DNA of 47,257 bases from an uncultured Acetobacteraceae bacterium (lineage in GTDB: Bacteria; Pseudomonadota; Alphaproteobacteria; Acetobacterales; Acetobacteraceae), in NCBI GenBank assembly GCA_964245725.1, contig CAXTOC010000001.1, forward strand, positions 1 through 47,257, written 5' to 3'. This document shows, piece by piece, positions 28,313 through 38,777 of the stretch. The number at the start of each line of letters is the position of its first letter. Positions within the stretch are counted from its first letter, which is position 1. The notes under the pieces are model-generated. The model saw only the letters and a list, made by a program, of their open reading frames with translations. It did no database searches and was not told the origin of the DNA. The translations under genes were made by a program, and so were the position numbers.

Positions 28313-29278
28313 TCAGGCTTCCTCCGTTTATGAGATGTTGGTCGTAACGGTAACGTCCCCGGCGATGCTTGGCTAGGCCGGGGGGGCCCGCTCACCGCGA
28401 GACCGCGACGGTGATGCAGACGCTCGAGAGGACGATCCATGTGCAGGATGTCGCCGATCGAAGGTGGCGCCCGTGCCGCCTGCGGCGGTCGGTCGGGGTA
28501 GATGCGCGAAAAGTCGCTCAAGCGCACCGCCTGTCGGCACGACGTCCTGAGATCTCACTTTCGGCTGGTGCGCACGGCATCCGCGGCAGGCAGCGCGCGA
28601 TACGACCTGACTCGCGGACTTCGCTCCGCCGGCCGATCGGCTGCACGGCGCCGTCCACCTGTGCCGTGCGACGACCAGCCTTCCCGCGAAGCCGCTCGCA
28701 GCGCGACTTGGCAGGATCATGCGAGAACTTAGCGAGGAATGTGATCCGACCAGCAAGCGAGACGTTTCGGCATGCGATGATGGACGGCCGGACCATGTTG
28801 CCGATTCGATCGGTCAACCAGGCGTCATGTCGCGCCTGCGGCGGCAAAACGATGCATCCCGAGGCCAGATCGACAGCAGCGTGACGACAGCCGATCCGGA
28901 TCCGACGCCGCGACCGAGCCGACCTCGAATTGTCGGGATCATGCGGCAGCGTCGTCATCAGGGCTGTCGAACGCAAACAATGTTCCTCCACAGTCCGTTC
29001 CATGCGCCGAGGGGAGCGCGGCCGGATCTAATTCGTTGGACGCATTATAGAAGATCCGGGGCCTTCAACTACCTGAATCGGACCCGCCGGGTGATACTTT
29101 TATGCGCGCCTCAGAGCATCGACGGCTGGATCCACATATCGTCCGGCTGCCCGAGGCTGGGGGATCGTGGAACCCGTCTTCGGTTTGCCGCGCCACGGGG
29201 ATCTCCTTCGTCCCCAACACGTTCTGAGGCAACGTCGCCAGGGGAGGAAGCGGCCGTATGCCGTAGAAGACAAGGCTG

Positions 29279-30343
29279 ATGAACTTAACGGCAGACGCTC
29301 TAGGGGCACAGATCTGGGAATATGGTCCCGCGGACTCTTCCGTCATCTGGGGCTCGATGCGTTTCGTCCCGGAGAGCGTGCCGGACGCGGCACAAGGGGT
29401 CGGCGGCCGCATATTCGGCTTCAACCACCCGAACGAGCGTCGCTGGAGCCTTCGGGACGGCGTGCTGACGCTGCTGACCGACGCCCGCAAGCCAACCAGC
29501 CGGTTCGAGTCTCTCGCCAGCATCGAGGACCGTCTCACGTTGACCGGACCGCACCTGCTCGAGCACGGTGGCCTGCACCGATTGCGAGCCGCGGCTCCAC
29601 TGCTGGCGTGGCCGGAGCAGACGCCACGGCTCGCCATCCGTGAACGTCTGACGGATGCCTCGCGTCCCCTCGTCGTGATTTTCAACTCGATGGGAAACCC
29701 GCTCGGCAACGACGGCACGATACGCTGGGAGTACTTTCGCTTCACCGCGGATCCGACGGTGGATTATATCCGGTTCGCGGAGCCGTTGAAGCCGGCGACC
29801 TGGTATTTGCGGACGGATGAGCTGGTGCGTTGCGCGCTGCAACGCGCCGTCGGCGGACGAACGCGCGTCATCCTCGCAGGCAATAGCTCCGGCGGCTACG
29901 CGGCGATCCGCTTCGGGCATTGGCTGGCTGACGTCGAACTGGCGGCGGAGGTCCGCACGATCTCGATCAATCCGCAGACCGCTCACGGCCTGCCGCATCG
30001 GCTGCATCTTTGGGCACGCGAGTGGGATCAGTTCCTGCCTGCCACCATCGACGATGATGTCCTGAAGCTCACCGGTCGCACCGATGTCGACCTTGCTTCG
30101 CTGCCAGCTGCCCACGACCGCCGTGTCGCGCGGCACCTGATATTCTACGACTCCGATAATCCGGTCGAGCGCTACTACGCCGAGCTTCTGGCAAGCCGAC
30201 CGGGAGTGCAGCTGCGTGGCCTGCCTCTCGGCATGTCGCACGTGCGAGGGATCGCCGAGATGGAGCGCCGTCGCATCATGAGGAAGGCACTGCGCGAGGC
30301 AGTCGACGCCTCACCCTCCTGGCGTACCTGCGTCGTACGATGA
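29279..30343 (+). CDS. Hypothetical protein with a C-terminal alpha/beta-hydrolase-like region
   Basis: 354-aa ORF with plausible composition; GNSSGGYAA nucleophile-elbow-like motif, followed by later Asp and His candidates. Confidence 0.6.
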   Translation: MNLTADALGAQIWEYGPADSSVIWGSMRFVPESVPDAAQGVGGRIFGFNHPNERRWSLRDGVLTLLTDARKPTSRFESLASIEDRLTLTGPHLLEHGGLHRLRAAAPLLAWPEQTPRLAIRERLTDASRPLVVIFNSMGNPLGNDGTIRWEYFRFTADPTVDYIRFAEPLKPATWYLRTDELVRCALQRAVGGRTRVILAGNSSGGYAAIRFGHWLADVELAAEVRTISINPQTAHGLPHRLHLWAREWDQFLPATIDDDVLKLTGRTDVDLASLPAAHDRRVARHLIFYDSDNPVERYYAELLASRPGVQLRGLPLGMSHVRGIAEMERRRIMRKALREAVDASPSWRTCVVR

Positions 30344-30480
30344 GCAGATGCGTGCGGCTTTGATGGACATCCAACCTTGCCCTATACTCCCCTGCGGACA
30401 CTTTGGCGCCGGCCGGTGCAGATCCGGTGCGTCGGACCGTCCGGCACCATGATCGAGATCATCGGGGAGGAGTTGAGGCC

Positions 30481-30981
30481 ATGGCGCGTGTCGCAGGACC
30501 GACCAGGACGACGCGGCCCACTCCGGCACCACTCCAGGGTCGCCGTCCCAAGACCGAGGTGCCGGCATCCCCGGGGAAGACGGCGAAGCCACCGATCAGG
30601 CGAACGGCCGAACCCTCGCTCGTTTCCGCACCGAAGCCGAGCAAAGAGCAGCTGCGCATCCAGGTCGAGAAGCTCGAGCGCGCCAACACGAGCCTCCGGG
30701 CCAAGAGCAGAGAGATGAGCAAGATGTCGAGAGCGGCAGCGCTGCGCATCGCCGATCTCGAGGCGCAGCTGGCGGATCTGAGGGACAGGGCCGGATCGCA
30801 GGACGCACCCCGGAGGCGGGACAGGAAGCCGGCGCGACCGCCCGCCCGCGGGCGCGGGCCGCGGGAGCGCGATCCGGGCGATGCCGTGCCGCCCGGTGTC
30901 GCGGTCCTGGAACCGGCGCCGCTCGACGCGGAGGCGGAAGCCGCCCTGGAGAGCCTGGAGGAACATCTGGGACACGGCTAG
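30481..30981 (+). CDS. Hypothetical protein with a central coiled coil
   Basis: GAGGAG/GAGG RBS before ATG 30481; KEQLRIQVEKLERANTSLRAK…LEAQL heptads; acidic C-terminus. Confidence 0.6.
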   Translation: MARVAGPTRTTRPTPAPLQGRRPKTEVPASPGKTAKPPIRRTAEPSLVSAPKPSKEQLRIQVEKLERANTSLRAKSREMSKMSRAAALRIADLEAQLADLRDRAGSQDAPRRRDRKPARPPARGRGPRERDPGDAVPPGVAVLEPAPLDAEAEAALESLEEHLGHG

Positions 30982-31036
30982 CCGCGCGCTCCGATCGACA
31001 GAGAAGCTGCCCTGGTCGAGCGAGACCGCAAGGCGA

Positions 31037-31501
31037 TCATCGTCCAGCCTGCGCCGTTCCGGCCAGCAGGTCGAAGCGCCGTCTCATCAGCCGGTGCGGC
31101 AGCGTCACCTCGATGAACGGAGCTCCCTCGACCACGTAGCCGAGCCGTTCATAGAACCCGATCGCGTCCTCGCGCGCCGCAAGTCGTGCGCCGATGGCTC
31201 CCAGGCGCCGAAGCTCGTCCTCGCCTCGTCGTGCGAGAATCGTGCCGAGGCCACGACGTTCCATGTCGGAGCGGATCGCCATCTGCCGCAGCTTTGCTTC
31301 GCCGTGCTGATCCGGCGGCATCAGCAGCAGGGTTCCGGCCAGCACGTCATCCTGCCAGAGCGCGAGGTGGATCTGATCCATTTCCTCAGCGAGCTGTTCG
31401 GCGCTGAAACCCAGACCGAGAGGGGCGCGAAGCACGCGATGGCGAAGCGCCACCATCTCCCTCCAGCCCGGACTGTCGAACCGCTCCCGCACGATCCTCA
31501 T
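31037..31501 (-). CDS. GNAT-family N-acetyltransferase
   Basis: LRHRVLR, KLRQMAI…RRGLG (acetyl-CoA motif A), AIGFYERLGY. Confidence 0.88.
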   Translation of the reverse strand: MRIVRERFDSPGWREMVALRHRVLRAPLGLGFSAEQLAEEMDQIHLALWQDDVLAGTLLLMPPDQHGEAKLRQMAIRSDMERRGLGTILARRGEDELRRLGAIGARLAAREDAIGFYERLGYVVEGAPFIEVTLPHRLMRRRFDLLAGTAQAGR

Positions 31502-31549
31502 GGCCTCGAGCTCAATCCCGACGTGCGACGGCGACCCGGGTCGTGCATC

Positions 31550-33067
31550 TCACCGTGTCTGCCGGACGGCGTAGAGCGTGCTGCCTCCTCTTTGCCAGCG
31601 AACCGAGAGCCTGCTGTTGCTGTAGCCGGGCGGCAACGACGCGTTGAGCAGCCAGAGATAATCGATGCCGCCGAAGGGAATCATCGGCAAGGCGTCATGC
31701 ATCGTCGGACGGTGCTTTGCGACGTTGCCGCAGCTCGAAGGCCAGACATATTGCGACGGGTCGTGGTAGAAGATCTTCGAGGGCCGGTATAGCACCTGAA
31801 GCAGGTGGATGCCGTCGATGTCCCATTCGGAATTGGTCCAGCTTCGTCGGTAGACGATCGCCAGATCACCCAGATGCCCGAGCCTGTCAGACCGCCAGTT
31901 CAGACGTGCATCACAGTCCTGGGCGTTCAGGATCAGGACGCGGCTGTGATCAGGAATATCGTCGAGTGCCGCGATCTCGGTCGAGAAACGCGCCTCGTAA
32001 GCGACGAAGCCCGCGAGGGTGAAGCCGAGGCGCACGACCAGCAGGGCCATTCCCGAGATCGCGACCAAGCGAGCCACCGTGATATCCACACGACTCCAAT
32101 CCTGCGTCGCGAACGCCAACATCGGGATCAGAGGGAGCAGCCGTTCATCCGCATATTCGGAACTGCTCAGCGAGTTGGGAATGCTGACGAAGAGCAGGAT
32201 CAGCGCGAGGATGGCCGGCACGACGGCACGATGTGGTCGCGCACCTTTGCGCCAGCCGATCAGGAACACCGTCAAGGCCGCGATCAGTGTGCCCACGTCG
32301 AGAAGGAAATTCTGGTCTCGCAGCAGCATGACCAGGGAGTTGAGCTTCGCCTTGAAGTTGATCGCGTTCTTGCCCGCGAACGACTGGGTGCTGAGCCGCC
32401 AGAGCAGGATGATCAGGATCGACGACAGCAGTGGGCGGATCCGACGCGGAAGGGCACGGAGCTGACCCTGCCGGCGCAGCGAGTCGAATTCTCGTGATCC
32501 GACGAACAATACGAACAGGCAGCCTGCGACCACGTGGAACAGGAACAGGAGCGGCACGGCGACCCACGTCGCGGCCTCGCGCGAACGTGGACGGTGGTCG
32601 AGCAGCATCCAGACCGGCAGGCCGATGAGCGAGAGAGCGACGCCCAGCATGTAGTTGAGGAAGCCGTAATTGAACGGAAAGCAGTATATGAAAAGAAGCG
32701 CCCAGCCGATCGCCGCCGCACCGCGAGGATTCAGCAGTCGGGAGATCATCAGGATGCCCGCTGCGAGCAGCGGTGGGATGAGTGCAGCGACCAGCCAGTA
32801 GGCGCCGGTGATGCCGACGATCCGCCGGAGCACGGACACGATGAGGTCGGCTCCCAGATTGGGAACGAGATGCCAGTGGAAACCCATGAGACGCGCGAAA
32901 GCCGGATCGCTCGTGGCATACGCAGCCGCGGCCGAGCCACCCATGTGTCCCGGCACGTCGGTGAGCGGCGGTATGGTGACGAAGAAGAACGGTGCGATCA
33001 GCAGCGCACAGACCAGGACGGCGAACCACCCGCGCCTCGCGAAGCTGATGTCGAGGACGCGTTGCAT
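31550..33067 (-). CDS. Polytopic membrane protein, possible GT-C-fold glycosyl/phospho-transferase
   Basis: About 11-12 TM; first-loop PPLTDVPGH with a conserved-looking Asp, GFLNY, ERL; soluble C-terminal domain; sits in a glycan locus. Confidence 0.6.
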   Translation of the reverse strand: MQRVLDISFARRGWFAVLVCALLIAPFFFVTIPPLTDVPGHMGGSAAAAYATSDPAFARLMGFHWHLVPNLGADLIVSVLRRIVGITGAYWLVAALIPPLLAAGILMISRLLNPRGAAAIGWALLFIYCFPFNYGFLNYMLGVALSLIGLPVWMLLDHRPRSREAATWVAVPLLFLFHVVAGCLFVLFVGSREFDSLRRQGQLRALPRRIRPLLSSILIILLWRLSTQSFAGKNAINFKAKLNSLVMLLRDQNFLLDVGTLIAALTVFLIGWRKGARPHRAVVPAILALILLFVSIPNSLSSSEYADERLLPLIPMLAFATQDWSRVDITVARLVAISGMALLVVRLGFTLAGFVAYEARFSTEIAALDDIPDHSRVLILNAQDCDARLNWRSDRLGHLGDLAIVYRRSWTNSEWDIDGIHLLQVLYRPSKIFYHDPSQYVWPSSCGNVAKHRPTMHDALPMIPFGGIDYLWLLNASLPPGYSNSRLSVRWQRGGSTLYAVRQTR

Positions 33068-33499
33068 GGGAGCCTCTACACCTGCTGGAAGCCGCGCCGG
33101 AGGCCGCTGCACAGCGCGCCGAAGCATCCCGGAAGACCTAGGTTAGCCGCTCGTGCGACCGGGTCAATCAGCGAAAGCCGCGTCCGGCGGCGAGCGGCGC
33201 GTGCTGATCGAGCTCCACGATGGAGGATCCGGCAGGCCACTGTTCAGCAAGGCGAGCCTGCGCTAGACGACGCTTCATCACCGTCTGAACGTCGGGGCAG
33301 CAGGGTTCAGCAATCATGGAGAATACCTGTTGACGATCGCCGTGAACGCCGCTCGGACGCGCGTCGCGGTGCATCTCGGGCCGCTCCCGCACGGCCGTCG
33401 CAGCCGGCCCGCACCGGCAGCGCGCGAGCGCGACGACGACATGCAGAACCTCTCGCGGAAACGGTTCTGCCCTCGCGGCTGGCGGCTTTTCCAGCATCG

Positions 33500-34729
33500 A
33501 TGAAGATCTTCTTTGCCTTCGAGAACCCGCTTCCCAGCCACGAGGCGGACGCCGAAGTTTTCGTGACGACCGCCAGATATCTGGCGCCTCTGCTTTCGCG
33601 AGCATGGCTTCACGTCCCACTGCCGGCCGGCGCCGCGGTCGACGCGCTACCCGGCGTGCCGATCATCCGCGCTCGCGCGCCGGTCCGGCCGGCGGCCCTG
33701 AGGCATCTGTGTTGCGGGCTGACCATGATATCGCGAAGCGCGTACTGGCAGGCCGATCTCGTCTATACGCGCAACCTCTGGATCGCGTGGATGGCGATCT
33801 TGTTCGGCAAGCGCGTCGCCTTCGATCATTATCGTCCGTGGCCCGATCAGATCCCGCCGCTTCAGCCATGGATCTACCGACTCATCTGTAACCGGTATTT
33901 CCTGATCAACATCTGCCACTCGGATTACACGAGAAGAAAATACCTCGGTCTCGGCGTTCCGGAGCGTAAGCTGCGCTGCATCCATAACGGATTCGAGCCA
34001 GCGCGTCTGCTGCCGCCGCTGCCCATGGAGACCGCCAAACGGGCAATCGGCGTCCCGGACGGCACCAGAACGGTGGTGTATACAGGGCGGCTCAATCACA
34101 AGAAGGGCCTCGAACTCGTCATCGAGGCGGCGAGGAGACTGCCGGATTTGCTGTTCGTGCTGGTCGGCTCGTACGGCGAAGGCCAGATCGAGACGATGGC
34201 CAGCACGGTCGCCAATATCCGCATCGTCCGCTGGCAATCGCCGGAGATGTTGGCGCAATATCTCTTCGCGGCCGACCTACTGCTGATCCCGCCGTCGTGG
34301 AAGCCGCTTGCCGCGTTCGGCTCGACGGTGCTGCCGTTGAAACTTTTCTTCTACATGGCCTCAGGGCGTCCGATCCTCGCCGGCACCACGCCTGATGTAC
34401 AAGAGGTCCTGACACATGACGTCAACGCATTTCTCTGCACCCCGGACTGTCCGGCGTCGCTGGTCGACGGGATCATCGCCTTGATGCGTGACACGACGCT
34501 CGCGACGCGGCTCGCCGCGACTGCCTTGGCGGAAAGTCGGGATTTCACCTGGGAGGCACGTGCGCACAAGATCGCCGACACCCTCGCCGATCGGCTCCGG
34601 TCGAACGCGGCGGAGCGCGGTCGCTGGGGCCGCGTGCAACGGCGCACTTGGCTACGGCAGTCGTGGCGCTGGCTGGCCCATCTGGCACGCACCCGATCCT
34701 GGGTTCTGCCTCCGGCTGAGGTCGGGTAG
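33500..34729 (+). CDS. Glycosyltransferase family 4 (GT-B)
   Basis: IHNGF, VYTGRLNHKKG, ADLLLIP, PLKLFFYMASGRPI, FTWEARA; the track's N-terminal extension is spurious. Confidence 0.88.
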   Translation: MKIFFAFENPLPSHEADAEVFVTTARYLAPLLSRAWLHVPLPAGAAVDALPGVPIIRARAPVRPAALRHLCCGLTMISRSAYWQADLVYTRNLWIAWMAILFGKRVAFDHYRPWPDQIPPLQPWIYRLICNRYFLINICHSDYTRRKYLGLGVPERKLRCIHNGFEPARLLPPLPMETAKRAIGVPDGTRTVVYTGRLNHKKGLELVIEAARRLPDLLFVLVGSYGEGQIETMASTVANIRIVRWQSPEMLAQYLFAADLLLIPPSWKPLAAFGSTVLPLKLFFYMASGRPILAGTTPDVQEVLTHDVNAFLCTPDCPASLVDGIIALMRDTTLATRLAATALAESRDFTWEARAHKIADTLADRLRSNAAERGRWGRVQRRTWLRQSWRWLAHLARTRSWVLPPAEVG

Positions 34730-34767
34730 GACGGAACCGTTCCGATCTCCCCCGCCGGCGTCGTCGA

Positions 34768-36207
34768 ATGGATAGCTATCACCAACCTCTCGGCCGCGGC
34801 TTCAACTGGCTTGGCGGTGCCACGGTCATCGCCAAGGTCATCGACTTCTCGACGATCCTGGTCATGCTGCTCTACCTGACCAAGCAGCAGGTCGGCATCG
34901 CCTCGCTGGTGGTCTCGTTCGGCATGATCATCGAGGCGCTGAACGGCCTGGGTGTCAGCGACGCCTTGATACAGGCCCGGTCGGTGACCCGGCTGCAGCT
35001 CGATACGGTGTTCTGGTACGTCGTCGCGGCAGCTCTGTCGGTGAGCGCGCTTACCGTGCTCGCGGCGCCCTGGATCGAAGCCGCATACGGTGTCTCCGGG
35101 ATGGCCAAGTATCTTCTTGTCATCGCGGTCAAGCAGCCGCTCGTCGGGGTCGCACTGATCCCGCTGGCGATCATGAACAGGGACCTGCAGTACGCACGCA
35201 TCGCGGGCGTCAACGTGTTCGCCACCCTCGCCGCGGCGTTGACCCGCCTTGGCCTGGCTGCCTTGGGCGCCGGCGCCTGGGCACTGATCGTAGGATACGC
35301 GGCGAGCGGCCTCTTCATGCTGCTCGGCGCGCTGCTGGCTCGCCCGTTCCGGCCGGAGATGCGCTTTCAGCTCTCGGCCATCCTGCCGCTGATGCGCTTC
35401 GGCGTGCGCGCCGTCGCCGCAAACCTCGCCGAGCAGATATTCAAGAATATCGACTATCTTCTTATCGGGTGGTTCTACGGACCATCGCCGCTCGCGGTGT
35501 ATCGGGTCGCTTTCGACGTGGCCATGGAGCCGGCGATGGCGGTCGGCACTCTCGTCAGTCGCACGGCGCTGCCGGTTTTCGCGCGCGTCGCGGTGGTCAA
35601 GCAGCAGCTCGGGCAGATCGTGACGTGGTCGCTGCGGCGTATCGCGATCCTGGTCGCGCCGCTGATGGTGGGCCTGATGCTCGCGGCCGACCCGCTGACA
35701 GCCCTGCTTCACGACGAGCGGGGCAACAGCTATGCCGCCGCTGCCCTGCCGCTCAAGCTGCTGGCGGCGGCCGCCTTGCTCCGGGTCACCTCGCAGCTGC
35801 TGCTGGCGGTCATGATGGGGACGGGGCGGCCGGGACTCGCGGCGCGCCTGTCACTGACGACGCTGCTGTCGTTGAGCATGGGCATCCTGCTGGTCGGCTT
35901 CACCCTGCCCGCCCGGACCGGCATCATCGCCGTCGCGGCGATCTGGTTGGCCATCTATCCGGTCGTGCTGCTGTGGGGAGCCCGCTATCTTCGGTTGCAT
36001 TGGGGCGTCCCGGGCGCCGAGCTTGCACGTGCCTTCACGCTACCACTCGCCGGCATCGGCATCATGGTCCTGGCCACCGAGGCAGTACGCCAGCTAACGG
36101 GCGGCAGCGGCTTGAAGACCCAGGTCGGCGTCGTCTCGCTGATGGTCACGTTGACCTACGGCGGCCTGTTTCTCCGCGGGCGCTCTCGGCCCGACCGAGC
36201 ACCGTGA
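34768..36207 (+). CDS. Wzx-type oligosaccharide flippase
   Basis: Multi-TM; LG.SDALIQ, MNRDLQY, GAGAWAL, NIDYLLIG, Y.VA, LPVFAR. Confidence 0.85.
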   Translation: MDSYHQPLGRGFNWLGGATVIAKVIDFSTILVMLLYLTKQQVGIASLVVSFGMIIEALNGLGVSDALIQARSVTRLQLDTVFWYVVAAALSVSALTVLAAPWIEAAYGVSGMAKYLLVIAVKQPLVGVALIPLAIMNRDLQYARIAGVNVFATLAAALTRLGLAALGAGAWALIVGYAASGLFMLLGALLARPFRPEMRFQLSAILPLMRFGVRAVAANLAEQIFKNIDYLLIGWFYGPSPLAVYRVAFDVAMEPAMAVGTLVSRTALPVFARVAVVKQQLGQIVTWSLRRIAILVAPLMVGLMLAADPLTALLHDERGNSYAAAALPLKLLAAAALLRVTSQLLLAVMMGTGRPGLAARLSLTTLLSLSMGILLVGFTLPARTGIIAVAAIWLAIYPVVLLWGARYLRLHWGVPGAELARAFTLPLAGIGIMVLATEAVRQLTGGSGLKTQVGVVSLMVTLTYGGLFLRGRSRPDRAP

Positions 36208-36227
36208 CCGGTCGTGCCGGATCGCGC

Positions 36228-37214
36228 TCAGTGCGTCGCAGCCTTGGCCGGGAGCTGGGTGCCGCGATAGCGGTCGAACATGCTCATCTGGTGCACGCAA
36301 CTCAACGTGCAGGTCGGACTGCAGGATTTCTCGATGTGGAACTCACGGCGTATGTCCTCGCGCGTGTATTCGAGCAGCGGGATGCCGGGATAGCCGCGTT
36401 GTTGCGAACACCAATGGACCTTGCCGTCCTCGGCGACGTAGAGGTAACGCGCGCCCGCACGACACTTCCAGTCGTTGGTCTGGCCGTGCATCAGGTTCTT
36501 CTGAAACAGCCAGTAATTGAGGCTGTGCACGATGGAGGGGGAGATCCTGGTGACCTGCGTGTAGGCCCGCAGCTGCTCCGCGCTGAGCGATCTCAGCATG
36601 CCGGCATGATCATGGAGCACACCGACGGAATGCTGCAGACCATATCTGGCTGCAGTCCTGGCCACCGTCACGACGTCCTGCGTGCGTTCGTTGGTGACCC
36701 CGAGCACGGAGTTCACGTTCACCTTGAACCGGGCATGCTTGGAAAGCAGGTCGAGCTTGCCTTCCACCGAGGAGAGGCTCTTCATCGACACGTCGTCGGG
36801 CTTGAGGTTGTCGATGCTGATCTGCATGCCCTGGAGGCCGGATGCGTTGAGCCGCTCGATCCAGCTCCGGCTCAGCCGGAAGCCGTTGGTGATCATGGTG
36901 ACGATCATGCCGTGGCCTCGGGCGGCTCGGATCACCTGATCGAGATCGGGGTGAAGCAGGGGCTCTCCGCCGGTGAAGGTGATCGAGGCGGTTCGCAGGC
37001 CCGCGAGGTGGTCGATCCAGGCGAGGAGGTCGTGCAGCGGCACCGGAGGCGAGAAATTGTCGTACTCGTTGCAGTAGCCACAGGAAAGATTGCAGCGGCG
37101 GGTCACGACGACCTGAGCCAGGAGCGGGTTGTAGCGCGAGCCGATGGCGCGGGCCAGGAAGCGGGCTCCGGAGGCGAGGCTTCCGGACCGGGCGGAGGTG
37201 GTGCTGCTGCTCAT
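36228..37214 (-). CDS. Radical SAM enzyme with a C-terminal SPASM/twitch-like Cys cluster
   Basis: CNLSCGYC (CX3CX2C), TGGEP, ITNG, QISID; C-terminal CRAG…WC…CSPTCTLSC; ATGA overlap with the upstream GT4. Confidence 0.9.
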   Translation of the reverse strand: MSSSTTSARSGSLASGARFLARAIGSRYNPLLAQVVVTRRCNLSCGYCNEYDNFSPPVPLHDLLAWIDHLAGLRTASITFTGGEPLLHPDLDQVIRAARGHGMIVTMITNGFRLSRSWIERLNASGLQGMQISIDNLKPDDVSMKSLSSVEGKLDLLSKHARFKVNVNSVLGVTNERTQDVVTVARTAARYGLQHSVGVLHDHAGMLRSLSAEQLRAYTQVTRISPSIVHSLNYWLFQKNLMHGQTNDWKCRAGARYLYVAEDGKVHWCSQQRGYPGIPLLEYTREDIRREFHIEKSCSPTCTLSCVHQMSMFDRYRGTQLPAKAATH

Positions 37215-38461
37215 CGAAGCTCAGGGATGCTCTGCGGAAGGCGGGTGCGTTCAGTAGCATCTGCGATCGCCAGAGGAAAGTTCGACAGCACGGCGTCGTA
37301 GAAGTCCTCGAGGATCTCGCCTTGCCGGCGGATGTCGAACTGCCGCTCGACGAAACGCCGCGCCTGGACGCGCATGCGAAGCCGCGCTGCCGGCTCATCG
37401 AGCAGATCGCTCATGCGCCTGGACAGGGCAGCGACGTCTCGTTCAGGCACCAGAAAGCCGGTCTGGCCGTCGATGACCCCCTCAGCGATGCCGCCGACGC
37501 GGGATGCGACCACCGGAACTCCGGTGGCCGCGGCTTCGAGCAACACCATGCCCAGGCCCTCGACCCGTCCCGTGCTCGTGTGGACGCTGGGCAGCACCAG
37601 CATCGCGGCGCGTCGCATCCACGCGACGACCTGCGCATGCGGCAGCGCGCCGAGGAACTGCACGCGGCGCTCCAGCTGCAGCGTCCTGGTCAGCGCGTGC
37701 AGCGAACGTCGCAATGGTCCGTCGCCGATGATGACCAGGTTGAAGCCCGGGTGCCGCTGCGCCAGGAGCTTGAATGCCCGGATCAGGTACTGCGTTCCCT
37801 TCATCTCGACCAGGCGGGCGACATGAAGGATCGTCGACGTCTCCTCGCTCGGATCACGTGGCTGGATGAGCCGGCAATCCACGCCCGTGTAATGCACGTG
37901 TGTCAGTGCCTCGGGAAACCCCATCGCCAGAACCCGATCGCGAATGAATGACGAGACGCAGAGAAACAGATCTCCCCGTCGCGCCAGCCGGCGCCTGAAC
38001 AGCGGATAGTTCGCCCAGGCCGGTGAGCAGAGCAGGGCGGCGGTGGACAACGTCGCATCGAAGCCGTGAAACGTGGTGATCAGCGGGATTCTCAGCTCGG
38101 TCGCGAGCGGCAGAGCATAGACGCCGTCGATGCCGAAATGGGCGTGGATGAGCGACGGCCGGTTCCCTCCCAGCAGTTCCAGGTAAGGTCGAGGTGTTCG
38201 CGTGACCATCTGCCAGCCGATGCGTGGCCACGACCAGCGGGAGGCGAGATCCTGCAGGGCGAATGACTGCGCTCCCTCCGGCGGATCTTCGAAGCGCAGC
38301 CTCCCCAGATACAGGGGACGGTGGCGCCGCAGATGCTGCGCCTGCTGCGTGATGAAGGGCTCCGATACCCTGAACAGATTTTGACGGAAGATCGCAACCT
38401 GGCGCACGCGTGCTCCGTGTCCGTCGCTGCTGCCCGTCACCGGGCTATCGCGACCTCGCAC
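37211..38461 (-). CDS. Glycosyltransferase family 4 (WcaL-like)
   Basis: SEPFI, IHAHFG, TFHGFD, VARLVEMKG, EGLGMVLLEA, GGIAE; start codon uncertain. Confidence 0.9.
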   Translation of the reverse strand: MRGRDSPVTGSSDGHGARVRQVAIFRQNLFRVSEPFITQQAQHLRRHRPLYLGRLRFEDPPEGAQSFALQDLASRWSWPRIGWQMVTRTPRPYLELLGGNRPSLIHAHFGIDGVYALPLATELRIPLITTFHGFDATLSTAALLCSPAWANYPLFRRRLARRGDLFLCVSSFIRDRVLAMGFPEALTHVHYTGVDCRLIQPRDPSEETSTILHVARLVEMKGTQYLIRAFKLLAQRHPGFNLVIIGDGPLRRSLHALTRTLQLERRVQFLGALPHAQVVAWMRRAAMLVLPSVHTSTGRVEGLGMVLLEAAATGVPVVASRVGGIAEGVIDGQTGFLVPERDVAALSRRMSDLLDEPAARLRMRVQARRFVERQFDIRRQGEILEDFYDAVLSNFPLAIADATERTRLPQSIPELR

Positions 38462-38777
38462 TCCGTCTTCAGGCGGAGCCTGAAGGGAGCCGATGGCCGA
38501 CCGGGCACGATGCCGGCGTCGGGCCGATCCCTGAATACGACCAAGGCGATGATGTCAATAGACGACCGGTTCGCGCACCGGCCCAGCGACAGACGCATCC
38601 GGGCCGGACGTCGTCGGGAGGCCGGCCGAACTGGCTGAGACAGAACGGTTTGTCCCCGTCGCGCGGACGCGGAGGCTGTCTCGCCAGCGGTCGGGCGGCA
38701 GCCCGGCGATTGGACTTCGAGGTAGCCCTCCTATAGCTTGCGCGGGCCGCACTGCACTGCCATCAGGCCGAACCTTC

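Noticed and set aside
28313-29278. Short ORFs or an ncRNA in the 1-kb gap; GTAACG-GTAACG at 28344-28355
   Set aside because: No recognisable protein motifs or RNA family; the repeat is too short to call an operator
32534-33499. N-terminal extension of the GT4 (731-aa ORF)
   Set aside because: Antisense to the membrane protein gene and low complexity; the GT-B fold begins at MKIFFAF (33500)
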